DNA of 55,341 bases, taken from NCBI GenBank assembly GCA_017998715.1, contig JAGOCP010000001.1, positions 31,900 to 87,240 on the forward strand, given 5' to 3'. The notes beneath the pieces are model-generated. The model was not told where the DNA came from. It saw nothing but the letters and a program-made list of their open reading frames with translations, and did not search any database. This document shows, piece after piece, positions 45,501-54,800 of this stretch (position 1 is its first letter; each line of letters opens with the position of its first letter). The position numbers and the translations under genes are program-made. The stretch comes from Thermoanaerobaculia bacterium. GTDB taxonomy: Bacteria; Acidobacteriota; Thermoanaerobaculia; Multivoradales; JAGPDF01.

Positions 45501-45648
45501 GACTCGCCTCGACAGTGGAGTGTCGCAGAAGGTCGGCATCAACGAAGCGGCGCTCGCGGCAGCACGATCTGCGGTGTTCAGTCCCGCCACCAAATCCGGC
45601 GTGCGGGTGAAGATGTGGTACCAACTCAAGATTCCGTTCAAGCTGTAA
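42544..45648 (+). CDS. Multidomain Ser/Thr protein kinase: degenerate receiver domain, disordered Ala/Pro region, Hanks kinase, one TM, coiled coil/Pro-rich spacer, TonB C-terminal domain
   Basis: In-frame ATG at 42544. The N-terminal CheY-like fold has LVLINAELPG (Asn where the phospho-Asp is expected) and a conserved LIKPF Lys. The kinase motifs are GGMAEVWKA..VAIKK, HRDVSPQNVLI, CDFG and YMSPEQ. The TM is LLWMAIGGVAAAGLIAYLLLG. The C-terminus KPEYPAMARRMKVEGTVVVSLLVDETGRV...KIPFKL is TonB_C. Confidence 0.88.
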   Translation: MSLILVVESEGRHAERVRDGLGSDGWQVEVVASCEAAVAAVADRAPQLVLINAELPGAPEMLRSLSRAHGGPGSIALLPEIVGKDLGPLDADESLIKPFSEKDLRQLARRVVSSARAPRKSEAEADQKRLTSHELFGDLLAEVESEVAAARPAAPEPSRPPATAPAPAPVVAAPAPAPASGRSLEMEQRLERTLSGMIKDERAAAPTPKKASTKIDDMLTATLSGLDMPKKTKPAATSAAGSSASAAGAPSAALAQPTAATAPRPPAEPPIPAMPVAPAAAPAVPVPAPISAATAAIPIVAAAPAPPPVAPPAAKPPAPAPTPAPAVATTAAVKPAEPTTAVRRQSREIDLAQLDQLAKPRAKESTPAARPAAPKETFATQKISIQPSFLQPPSSEFGQYTLLERIAVGGMAEVWKARMKGVEGFQKTVAIKKILPHLTDSSDFVTMFIDEAKLAAQLNHNNIIHIYDLGKIGEDYFIAMEFVDGKDLRSILNSARAESRPLPLGLALLVGSRLASALDHAHRQKDFEGRPLGLVHRDVSPQNVLISYEGDIKLCDFGIVKAVTKASKTQMGALKGKLQYMSPEQAWGRPVDARSDIFSLGSLLFEMLTGRRLFSGESEMSVLDAVREGRIQAPRDLDPRLPLEVNALVLKALARDPDDRFLTAGEMQREIDGILASLKPAPSQSDLGTYLHQLFAAEAQAGAAPAASAAAPAAARGAASTASAAVPARQPEVAVVAPTGVSKIEDADSGRSGKLLWMAIGGVAAAGLIAYLLLGRGTPAAPPAAPAPTAVESPAAPASEVGASAGATDAGQPSAEAAGASPATVSPAAPVAGQNVDQMVSDEVKRREEELKKKYEDELARRKAELDKLNTKPATATAPAAAPPVTAAPPPTQEAPPAPAPVADPVIETPPAAAAPQPVVETPPAAAAPQGPEVKEGDLVRPGAGVKPPVLVSLTKPEYPAMARRMKVEGTVVVSLLVDETGRVAETRLDSGVSQKVGINEAALAAARSAVFSPATKSGVRVKMWYQLKIPFKL

Positions 45649-45657
45649 GGAGAGCGC

Positions 45658-45891
45658 ATGAGCCTGAACGACCAACAGCGGAAGTTCTACGAGAATACCC
45701 TCACCGTCACCAAGCAGGAGATCTCGGATCTCGATCGCCAGATCGAAGACGAGCTCGCCAAGGTGAAGGAGAAGCTGGCGCAGTTGCAGAACGCGAAGAA
45801 GGCCGCGCGCCAGATGTACGACGCCGCCTGCCTTCGACTCGGAATCCCGAACGACCTCGAGGCGGAGGAAGAGGGCGCAGCGGAAATCTGA
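45658..45891 (+). CDS. Hypothetical 77-aa coiled-coil protein
   Basis: The ATG lies 9 nt after the kinase stop, with an AAGGAG SD. MSLNDQQRKFYENTLTVTKQEISDLDRQIEDELAKVKEKLAQLQNAKKAARQMY... has a heptad-like pattern and an acidic tail. A strong hairpin follows it. Confidence 0.6.
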   Translation: MSLNDQQRKFYENTLTVTKQEISDLDRQIEDELAKVKEKLAQLQNAKKAARQMYDAACLRLGIPNDLEAEEEGAAEI

Positions 45892-45932
45892 GCCCGCCTG
45901 TCCGCTTTCGGGTCCGCGACTTACGGATCCGC

Positions 45933-45968
45933 CTGGGGCGCCGATCGAAACGTCGACCGGCGCCCCAG
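45933..45968 (+). terminator. Rho-independent-type terminator after the kinase and small-ORF pair
   Basis: CTGGGGCGCCG...CGGCGCCCCAG is a perfect 11-bp stem with inner TCGA/TCGA pairing, followed by tcgtttcctcc. Confidence 0.6.
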
Positions 45969-46034
45969 TCGTTTCCTCCGCCGGCACTCGGGGCGGGCGG
46001 AGCCCGTTAGCGGCCTCGATCCAATCGATCCAAT

Positions 46035-46880
46035 ATGGCCTGGTTCAAGAAAGACAAGAAGCCGAAAGCGGTTCGCGAGTCCCGCGACCGTAGTACGGTT
46101 CCGGAAGGTCTGTGGCTGCGCTGCGACGGCTGCCGCGAGATCGTCTACTCGAAAGAGCTCGAGCGCAACCTGCGCATCTGCCCGAAGTGCGGATTCCATT
46201 TCCGCATCGACGCGCCGGCACGGATCGCGCTGCTCATCGACGAGGAACAGCCGAAGACCCTGTTCGACGAGGTCGTGCCCGCCGATCCGCTCGGCTTCGC
46301 CGACACCAAGCGCTACGCCGACCGCCTGAAGGCCTACCAGAAAGCACTCGGCGTCGCCGACGCGGCGATCGTCGTGGCCGGTTCGATCGAAACGCTGCCG
46401 ATCGTGCTCGCGGTGATGGACTACCGCTTCATGGGCGGATCGATGGGCTCGGTCGTCGGCGAGAAGCTCACCCGCGCCGCCGAGTTCGCGCGCGAGCGGA
46501 AACGCTCGCTGGTCATCGTCTCCGCCTCCGGCGGCGCGCGCATGCAGGAGGGCATCCTCTCGCTCATGCAGATGGCCAAGATCTCGGCTGCGTTGATGCG
46601 CCTGCGCGAGGCCGGAGTGCCTTACATCTCTGTGCTTACCGACCCCACGACCGGCGGCGTGACGGCGTCCTTCGCCATGCTCGGCGACCTGAACATCGCC
46701 GAGCCCGGAGCGCTCATCGGCTTCGCCGGCCCGCGCGTCATCGAGCAGACGATCCGCCAGAGCCTCCCGGAAGGATTCCAGCGCAGCGAGTTCCTGCTCG
46801 AGCACGGATTCCTCGATCTCGTCGTCCCGCGCCCCGAGCTCAAGTCGACGCTGGCGCGCTGCCTGCGACACCTCGCCTGA
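46035..46880 (+). CDS. accD: Acetyl-CoA carboxylase carboxyltransferase subunit beta
   Basis: 281-aa ORF. It has the N-terminal zinc ribbon CDGCREIVYSKELERNLRICPKCGFH and the carboxyltransferase core (...MGGSMGSVVGEK...SGGARMQEG...). Confidence 0.95.
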   Translation: MAWFKKDKKPKAVRESRDRSTVPEGLWLRCDGCREIVYSKELERNLRICPKCGFHFRIDAPARIALLIDEEQPKTLFDEVVPADPLGFADTKRYADRLKAYQKALGVADAAIVVAGSIETLPIVLAVMDYRFMGGSMGSVVGEKLTRAAEFARERKRSLVIVSASGGARMQEGILSLMQMAKISAALMRLREAGVPYISVLTDPTTGGVTASFAMLGDLNIAEPGALIGFAGPRVIEQTIRQSLPEGFQRSEFLLEHGFLDLVVPRPELKSTLARCLRHLA

Positions 46881-46903
46881 CGCCCGACTCCCGAGGAACG
46901 AGC

Positions 46904-48196
46904 GTGGACGTGTCCTCGGCGCACGAGATTCTCGCCGGACTCGAACGCTTCGGCATTCGGCTCGGTCTCGACCATCTGCGCGACCTCTCCGCCGCGCTCG
47001 GCCGCCCTGAGTCCTCCGCGCCGGCAGTCATCGTCGCCGGCACGAACGGCAAAGGATCCGTCGCTGCGCTGCTCGCGGCGATCGCCGGTGCCGCCGGACT
47101 CGAGACCGGTCTCTACACTTCTCCCCACCTCGAGAGGGTCGAAGAGCGCATTCGTGTCGGAGGAGCGGAGATTCCCGCCGACGCTCTCGGCCGCCTGCTG
47201 CGCGAGGTCCTCGACACCGCCGCGGATCTCGGTCACGCCAGTCCGACCTATTTCGAGGCCATGACGCTCGCCGCCTTCCTGCACTTCTCGCGCCGACGGG
47301 TCGAGCTCGCCGTGCTCGAGGTCGGCATGGGTGGGCGCCTCGACGCGACCAACCTCGCGGATGCACGGCTCGCCGTCGTCGCCGCGATCGCTCTCGACCA
47401 CCAGGAGTTTCTCGGTTCCTCGCTCGACGCCATCGCCAGAGAGAAGGCCGGCGTTCTGCGTCCCGCCTGTCCGGCGGTCTTTTCGCCGCAGCCGCCCGAG
47501 GCCGCCGCAGCGCTCCTCGAGGAGGCGGCAAAGCGCGGCGCGCGAGCGGTCGAAGTTCCGGGTGAAGTCGTCGGCATGGAGGTGCGTTTTCACGGTCTCG
47601 ATGGGCTCCAGATCAGCCTCGCGACTCGGCGCGCACGCTACGAGCTCGAGAGCGCCCTTGCCGGCCGTCATCAGGCCTGGAACATCGCCACGGCGGTGGT
47701 CGCGGCCGAGCAGTTCGAAGTGGCGGGCCTGCCGGCGATCTCTCCCGCGGCGATCGCTGCCGGAGTCGCGACCTGTCGTTGGCCTGGCCGTCTCGAGGCG
47801 ATCCGCCTGGCGGGAACTGCAACGACGGTGCTCCTCGACGCGGCGCACAATCCGGCTGGCTGCGACGCACTCGTCGCCTTCCTCGCCGAGCTCGACCGGC
47901 CATTCACTCTGCTGTTCGGCGCGCTCGCCGACAAGGACGTCGCCGCGATGCTGCCGCCGCTCGCCGCGCGAGCGAGTCGTGTGGTTCTCTCCCGCCCGGC
48001 GTCGCCGCGCGCTGCGGACCCGGCGGCGCTCGCCGCGCTCCTGCCCCCGGGAACGGCGGCCGCGCTCGAACCCGAGATCGCCGCCGGGCTCGAGCGCGCG
48101 CTCACCGGCGGACCGGAGCTGGTCGTCGCCTGCGGCTCGATCTTCCTGATCGGGACCGTGCGCGCGCTGCTCGAAGCACGTCGCGCACGCGGTTGA
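46904..48196 (+). CDS. folC: Bifunctional folylpolyglutamate synthase/dihydrofolate synthase
   Basis: The in-frame GTG at 46904 has a GAGGA SD 6 nt upstream. VAGTNGKGS is the P-loop, and ...EVGMGGRLDATN..., ...DAAHNPAG... are also present. It follows accD as in many bacteria. Confidence 0.9.
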   Translation: MDVSSAHEILAGLERFGIRLGLDHLRDLSAALGRPESSAPAVIVAGTNGKGSVAALLAAIAGAAGLETGLYTSPHLERVEERIRVGGAEIPADALGRLLREVLDTAADLGHASPTYFEAMTLAAFLHFSRRRVELAVLEVGMGGRLDATNLADARLAVVAAIALDHQEFLGSSLDAIAREKAGVLRPACPAVFSPQPPEAAAALLEEAAKRGARAVEVPGEVVGMEVRFHGLDGLQISLATRRARYELESALAGRHQAWNIATAVVAAEQFEVAGLPAISPAAIAAGVATCRWPGRLEAIRLAGTATTVLLDAAHNPAGCDALVAFLAELDRPFTLLFGALADKDVAAMLPPLAARASRVVLSRPASPRAADPAALAALLPPGTAAALEPEIAAGLERALTGGPELVVACGSIFLIGTVRALLEARRARG

Positions 48197-48205
48197 GGCG
48201 CCGAA

Positions 48206-49585
48206 CTAAGCCGGCGGTCGGCCGAGGCGGCGGGCGATGCGCAGGACCATCTCGAGCGCCTGCTCGCAGTTGAGGCGCGGGTCGACCTGGGTGCGATAGG
48301 CGAGCGCGAGCCCGGCCGCTTCGAGGCCGCGCGCGCCGCCGATGCACTCGGTGACGTTCTCGCCGGTGAGCTCGAGGTGGACCCCGCCCAGCACCGAACC
48401 GATCCGCTGATGGATGGCGAACGCCTGCTCGAGCTCTTCCAGGATGTGCTCGAAGCGCCGGGTCTTCCTTCCCTGCGGCGTGGTTTCGGTGTTGCCGTGC
48501 ATCGGATCGCACGACCAGAGGACGCGCTGCCCGGCGCGTTCGACCGCCTCGACGAGCGGCGGCAGACGCTCGGCGATGCCGCGCGCGCCGAAGCGATGAA
48601 TCAGGGTCAGCCGGCCCGGCTCGTTACGCGGCGAGAGCACACCGACGAGCTCGAGCAGACCCTCGGGCGTCGTCGCCGGACCGATCTTGACCGCGATCGG
48701 ATTGGCGATGCCGCGGAAGTACTCGACGTGCGCGCCGCCGAGCTTCGCCGTACGCATGCCGATCCACGGAAAGTGGGTCGACAGGTTGTACCAGCCTTCG
48801 CGGTGCGGGACCCTGCGGGTCTGTGCCTGCTCGTAGAGCAGGTGGAGTCCTTCGTGGCTGGTGAAGAAGTCGACCCGGTTCATCTCGCCGACCTGCCGGC
48901 CGGCGAGCGTCTCCATGAAGCGCAGCGAGTCGCCGATGCCGGCGACGATGCGGCGATAGTCCTCGGCCAGCGGCGAATGCTGGACGAAGTCCAGGTCCCA
49001 GTACTCGGGGTGGTGGAGATCGGCGAAGCCGCCGTCGACCAGCGCGCGGATGAAGTTGAGCGTCAACGCGGCGCGTTCGTAGCCGCGCAACAGGAGCTGC
49101 GGATCGAAAGCGCGGTCGTGGGCGGTGAAGGGCGTCCGGTTGATGAGGTCGCCGCGATAGGCCGGGAGCGCCACTCCGCCCTGATCTTCGAGGTCGGCCG
49201 AACGGGGTTTGGCGTACTGCCCGGCGAAGCGTCCGACGCGGATGACCGGGCGCTGCGAACCGTGCACCAGAACCAGGCTCATCTGAAGAAGGACCTTGAG
49301 CTTGTTGGCGATCACCGCCGACGTGCAGTCCTCGAAGCTCTCCGCGCAGTCACCGCCCTGGAGGAGGAACGCGCGGCCCTCGGCCGCCGCCGCGAGTTGC
49401 CCCTTCAACGCCTCCACTTCCCAAGAGGTGACGAGCGGCGGCAACTCCGCCAGCTGTCGCACCACCTCGGCGATGGCGGCGGCATCGGCGTAGGCCGGCT
49501 GCTGTTCGGCCGGGAACCTCCGCCAGGAGACAGGGGCCCAGCCGGCAGGCGCTATCGCGGCGCCTTCAATCGGCGGCAGAGGCAT
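48206..49585 (-). CDS. Class II 3-deoxy-7-phosphoheptulonate (DAHP) synthase
   Basis: The internal ATG at 49585 of ORF 48206..49660 is the likely start. ...[12 protein letters not shown]...[14 protein letters not shown]...[12 protein letters not shown]...[14 protein letters not shown]...SCDPMHGNT... are class II (plant/actinobacterial-type) signatures. The start overlaps the glyA 3' end by 20 nt. Confidence 0.9.
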   Translation of the reverse strand: MPLPPIEGAAIAPAGWAPVSWRRFPAEQQPAYADAAAIAEVVRQLAELPPLVTSWEVEALKGQLAAAAEGRAFLLQGGDCAESFEDCTSAVIANKLKVLLQMSLVLVHGSQRPVIRVGRFAGQYAKPRSADLEDQGGVALPAYRGDLINRTPFTAHDRAFDPQLLLRGYERAALTLNFIRALVDGGFADLHHPEYWDLDFVQHSPLAEDYRRIVAGIGDSLRFMETLAGRQVGEMNRVDFFTSHEGLHLLYEQAQTRRVPHREGWYNLSTHFPWIGMRTAKLGGAHVEYFRGIANPIAVKIGPATTPEGLLELVGVLSPRNEPGRLTLIHRFGARGIAERLPPLVEAVERAGQRVLWSCDPMHGNTETTPQGRKTRRFEHILEELEQAFAIHQRIGSVLGGVHLELTGENVTECIGGARGLEAAGLALAYRTQVDPRLNCEQALEMVLRIARRLGRPPA

Positions 49586-50831
49586 GCTGGGATTCGTAGA
49601 GCGGGAAGCGGCTGCACAGGAGGCGCACCCGCTCGCGCACTGCGGCGTGCACCGCGACATCCTCCGGCGCCGCCAGAGTCTCGGAAATGAGCTGCGCGAT
49701 GACGCCCATCTCGGCCCCGGCCATGCCTCGGGTCGTGACGGCAGCGGTGCCGATGCGGATTCCCGAGGCCACCATCGGCGAGTTGGTGTCGAACGGAATC
49801 GTGTTCTTGTTGACCGTGATCGCCGCCGCGTCGAGTGCCTTCTCGGCGGACTTTCCGGTCAGGCCGCGGCTCGTGACGTCCATCAAGAAGAGGTGATTGT
49901 CCGTACCGCCCGAGACGATGCGGAAGCCCGCGGCGGCGAGCGCCGCGGCGAGCGCCGCCGTGTTGGCGACGATCTCGCTCTGGTAGGCGCGGAAACCGGG
50001 CGAGAGCGCCTCGCCGAACGCCACCGCCTTGGCGGCGATGATGTGCATCAACGGTCCACCCTGCAGGCCGGGAAAGACGGCGCGGTCGATCTCCTTGGCG
50101 AACTCGGCCTTGCACAGGATGACTCCGCCGCGCGGGCCGCGCAGCGTCTTGTGGGTCGTCGAAGTCACGAAATGGCAGTGCGGCACCGGCGACGGGTGAA
50201 GGCCGGCGGCGACCAGCCCGGCGATGTGGGCGATGTCGGCCATGAGCAGCGAGCCGGCGCGGTCGGCGATGGCGCGAAAGCGCGCGAAATCGATCGTCCG
50301 GCTGTAGGCCGAGGCACCGCAGACGATCAGCTTCGGACGGTGCTCGAGCGCCAAGCGCTCGACCTCGTCGAAGTCGATCCGTTCCGTCTGGCGATCGACG
50401 CCGTAGGCGACGACGTTGAAGTCGCGCCCCGAGTAGGAGAGCCGATGGCCGTGGGTGAGATGCCCGCCGCAGGAGAGATCCATCCCCATGAGCGTGTCGC
50501 CCGGACGCAGCATGGCGAAGTAGACGGCGGTGTTCGCCGAAGTGCCCGAGTGCGGCTGGACGTTGGCGTGCTCGGCGCCGAACAGCTGCTTCAGGCGGTC
50601 GATCGCCAGGGTTTCGACGCGGTCGACCACTTCGCAGCCGCCGTAGTATCGCCGGCCGGGATAGCCCTCGGCGTACTTGTTGGTGAGGACGCTGCCGGCG
50701 GCCTCCATCACCGCGCGGCTGGTGAAATTCTCCGAAGCGATGAGCTCGAGCCCCTCGTTCTGCCGGCGCTCCTCCGCGGCGATCTCCTGCGCGATCACGG
50801 GATCGACTTCGGCGAGGGGGCGGGCGATCAT
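49566..50831 (-). CDS. glyA: Serine hydroxymethyltransferase
   Basis: 421-aa [12 protein letters not shown]...[15 protein letters not shown]...[15 protein letters not shown] (PLP-binding Lys). The ATG overlaps the rpiB stop (ATGA). Confidence 0.96.
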   Translation of the reverse strand: MIARPLAEVDPVIAQEIAAEERRQNEGLELIASENFTSRAVMEAAGSVLTNKYAEGYPGRRYYGGCEVVDRVETLAIDRLKQLFGAEHANVQPHSGTSANTAVYFAMLRPGDTLMGMDLSCGGHLTHGHRLSYSGRDFNVVAYGVDRQTERIDFDEVERLALEHRPKLIVCGASAYSRTIDFARFRAIADRAGSLLMADIAHIAGLVAAGLHPSPVPHCHFVTSTTHKTLRGPRGGVILCKAEFAKEIDRAVFPGLQGGPLMHIIAAKAVAFGEALSPGFRAYQSEIVANTAALAAALAAAGFRIVSGGTDNHLFLMDVTSRGLTGKSAEKALDAAAITVNKNTIPFDTNSPMVASGIRIGTAAVTTRGMAGAEMGVIAQLISETLAAPEDVAVHAAVRERVRLLCSRFPLYESQHASAAD

Positions 50832-51265
50832 GCTCGGTCTCCGTCCAGCTTGGCGACGCGGCGCGCGTGGCGGCCGCCTTCGAATGGGGTGGCGAGGAAG
50901 CGGTCGAGGATCGCTTCCGCAAGCGGGAGCGCGACGATGCGACTGCCCAGGGTGAGAACGTTGGCGTCGTTGTGCTGCCGGCAGAGCTCGGCCGAGTAGA
51001 GGTCGATGCAGGCCGCCGCGCGGACTCCGAGCACGCGGTTGGCGGCGATCGCCATGCCGATGCCGGAGCCGCAGACCAGGATGCCGCGCTCGGCGGAACC
51101 CGCAGCTACCGCCTGCGCGACCAGCGCGGCGTAGTCCGGATAGTCCACCGATTCGGCGGAATGCGGGCCGAAGTCGGCAAGCTCGTGCCCGGCCTCGGCA
51201 AGCCGGGCTCGCAGGTGGTCTTTCAGGATGAAGCCGGCGTGATCGGCACCGATCGCGATGCGCAT
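50828..51265 (-). CDS. rpiB: Ribose 5-phosphate isomerase B
   Basis: The internal ATG at 51265 of ORF 50828..51484 gives [18 protein letters not shown]...[17 protein letters not shown]...[10 protein letters not shown], which are RpiB/LacAB signatures. Confidence 0.93.
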   Translation of the reverse strand: MRIAIGADHAGFILKDHLRARLAEAGHELADFGPHSAESVDYPDYAALVAQAVAAGSAERGILVCGSGIGMAIAANRVLGVRAAACIDLYSAELCRQHNDANVLTLGSRIVALPLAEAILDRFLATPFEGGRHARRVAKLDGDRA

Positions 51266-51278
51266 CGAGGTGCCGGGC

Positions 51279-51632
51279 TCAGCTGTCTTCCGGCTCCGGG
51301 AGGAGGGTCTCCTGGGTGGATTCCTCGCTCTTCTTGGCGGCCTTCTTGGCCGGAGCCTTGCGGGCCTTCTTCTCGGCGGTGTCGGAGCCAGCGGCGTCTG
51401 CGCCAGCGGCGCCGGCCTCGGGGGCGGCCTTCTTGGCCGCGGGCTTCTTCGCCGGCTTCTTGTCGGCCGCCGCCGCGGAGGCATCGACCTCCTTGTCGGC
51501 CGTCTTCAGAGTCCGCTTCGACCCCTCGGTCCGCACCGTCTTGCGCTTGGCGACCTCTTCCTGATTGCGTTGTCTCAGCCGCTCGAGGCGGCGCTGACGG
51601 CGGCGCCGGAGATCGCGATCTTTTTCACGCAT
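51279..51632 (-). CDS. Lys/Ala-rich basic protein (histone-H1-like low complexity), 117 aa
   Basis: The ATG at 51632 has a GAGGAG SD. The N-terminus is an Arg-rich helix, MREKDRDLRRRRQRRLERLRQRNQEE. Then come ...KKPAKKPAAKKAAPE...EKKARKAPAKKAAKK.. and an acidic tail. Its stop lies 13 nt before the rpiB ATG. Confidence 0.6.
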   Translation of the reverse strand: MREKDRDLRRRRQRRLERLRQRNQEEVAKRKTVRTEGSKRTLKTADKEVDASAAAADKKPAKKPAAKKAAPEAGAAGADAAGSDTAEKKARKAPAKKAAKKSEESTQETLLPEPEDS

Positions 51633-51669
51633 AACAGCTTCTCCTCAACTCCGAAAATTGAATAACAGG

Positions 51670-51691
51670 CCCCTGCAGCTTGCCGCAGGGG
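51670..51691 (-). terminator. Stem-loop after the carboxyltransferase gene (terminator or attenuator)
   Basis: On the minus strand: CCCCTGC-ggcaagct-GCAGGGG, followed by cctgttattcaatttt (T-rich). It lies 38 nt after the stop at 51729. Confidence 0.5.
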
Positions 51692-51728
51692 GGCGCAACT
51701 GTCAAGCGAATGCGGCCTCAGCGCCGCA

Positions 51729-53279
<1,551 letters not shown>

Positions 53280-53458
53280 GAGTCGTCCCCAGTCTGTCCG
53301 CAGAAGGCCTTGCGGCCGATGATTCCCGTCAAGCCTATCGCCAAGCAGGCGTCACGTGCAGCAGAATCGAGCCGGGCGGGCGCCTTGCGCCGGCTCGCGG
53401 CGCGAGGTGCTGACGAGCCTTTCCCCGCCAGGTCACCCGCCGCAAACCGGAGGCGACG

Positions 53459-53872
53459 ATGAACCAGGATGCCGAGCAGCTCCACCTGCTTTCCGTCTTC
53501 CACTACGTTCTCGCGGGACTGTGCGGGCTCTTCGCGCTCTTTCCGCTGGCCTACGTCGGCATGGGTCTCGCGATGATGGGCGGGATGGGCGCCGACCCGG
53601 GAGAGCGCTTCGCGCCGCTCTTCGCCGGCTGCTTCGTCGCCGGCATGGGCGGGCTCTTCCTGGTCTTCGCGGTCGCCTACGCCCTGGCGCTCTTCCTCGC
53701 GGCCCGCTTCCTCGCCCAGCGGCGGCGCCACACCTTCTGCGTCGTGGTGGCGGCGATCTCCTGCACCTTCACCCCGGTCGGAACGGTCCTCGGGGTGTTC
53801 ACCCTCATCGTCCTCTTCCGACCGTCGGTCCGGCTCCTCTTCGGGCTCGAAGCGCCACCGGCCGCAGCCTGA
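53459..53872 (+). CDS. Hypothetical small membrane protein (137 aa, about 4 TM)
   Basis: A GGAGG SD lies 6 nt upstream of the ATG. LLSVFHYVLAGLCGLFALFPLAYVGMGLAMM..., ...FLVFAVAYALALFLAARFL..., ...VVVAAISCTFTPVGTVLGVFTLIVLF.... Confidence 0.6.
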   Translation: MNQDAEQLHLLSVFHYVLAGLCGLFALFPLAYVGMGLAMMGGMGADPGERFAPLFAGCFVAGMGGLFLVFAVAYALALFLAARFLAQRRRHTFCVVVAAISCTFTPVGTVLGVFTLIVLFRPSVRLLFGLEAPPAAA

Positions 53873-53916
53873 GCGGCGCGCACCCGGGAACCGGACCGCC
53901 AACCGCTTGCGCCTTC

Positions 53917-53946
53917 TTGCCCCGGGCCGCGGGCGTTTGTTAGACT
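53917..53946 (+). promoter_or_regulatory. Candidate extended -10 promoter for the atp operon
   Basis: TTGCCC (53917-53922), an 18-nt spacer ending in TGt, then TAGACT (53941-53946), about 100 nt upstream of atpZ. Confidence 0.3.
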
Positions 53947-54049
53947 TTCCGTCGTCGCGGCAGGAGTGCGCGGCGGCAGCACACCGGGTTGGACCCCAGC
54001 AATCTCGGGCTCGCTTTCGGGCTCATCGATCTCAGGGCTCCCAAGGCTC

Positions 54050-54346
54050 ATGGCCGAAGAAGGCAAGGATCCGCGCAGTCGCAACGAACTGCGGGAGCCG
54101 CGGGACCGGGAACCCTGGATGCGCATCGGCGGCGTAGGGCTCGAGCTTGCTGCGGCTGTCGGCGGGTTCGCGCTCTTCGGATACCTGCTGGACCGCCACT
54201 ACGGATGGCAGCCGAAGGGTCTCCTCATCGGAGCGCTTCTCGGTTTGATCGGCGGGTTCTACAACCTGATCAAGACTTCGTTGCGGGCCTCTCGCGAAGC
54301 CCGCGAGCTCGATCAGGAGAGGAAGAGAGAGCACAGAGAGCCGTGA
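54050..54346 (+). CDS. atpZ: AtpZ/AtpI-family small membrane protein (putative F0F1-ATPase accessory subunit)
   Basis: In-frame ATG at 54050. ...PWMRIGGVGLELAAAVGGFALFGYLLDRHYGWQPKGLLIGALLGLIGGFYNLI... is the two-TM pattern typical of the first gene of many atp operons. Confidence 0.75.
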   Translation: MAEEGKDPRSRNELREPRDREPWMRIGGVGLELAAAVGGFALFGYLLDRHYGWQPKGLLIGALLGLIGGFYNLIKTSLRASREARELDQERKREHREP

Positions 54347-54768
54347 ACGGAGCCCGCCGTTTCGAGATCTGGCTCGGTTTCGCGGGAGTCGGAGCGATCG
54401 CCACTCTCCTGCTGGGCGTCGCAGGCCAGATGATGGCGCGGCGCATCGGCCTGCAGGAGTTGGGCGGAATCTGGGTCGGATGCCTGGCGAGCTTCGCAGG
54501 CAGTCTCGCCGGCGCTGTGCCGCTCGCGCAAGAGGTCGCCGGGAGCACGAAAGCTCCCGCCGGCCGCTCGCCGAGCGCGGCGATCGCAGCCATCGGCAAG
54601 GCCAGTCTCTGGCGGCTGCTGGTGAGCCTCGCGGCCGGACTCGCCGCCGTGACGAGTGGGCGCTGGGAACGTCGGACGCTCCTTTTTGCGCTGGCGACGA
54701 GCTATGTCGCGTTGCTGGCGGTCGAAACCTGGTGGTTGCTGGGCCGCCTCAGGGCGGCGAAGACCTGA
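54343..54768 (+). CDS. ATP synthase protein I-like membrane protein
   Basis: The GTG at 54343 overlaps the atpZ stop (GTGA). It has about 4 TM spans. The assignment rests on its position between atpZ and atpB, and sequence similarity is not verifiable here. Confidence 0.5.
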   Translation: MNGARRFEIWLGFAGVGAIATLLLGVAGQMMARRIGLQELGGIWVGCLASFAGSLAGAVPLAQEVAGSTKAPAGRSPSAAIAAIGKASLWRLLVSLAAGLAAVTSGRWERRTLLFALATSYVALLAVETWWLLGRLRAAKT

Positions 54769-54800
54769 GAGTGCAGGACTGAAGATCGGAGAGATGCCGG

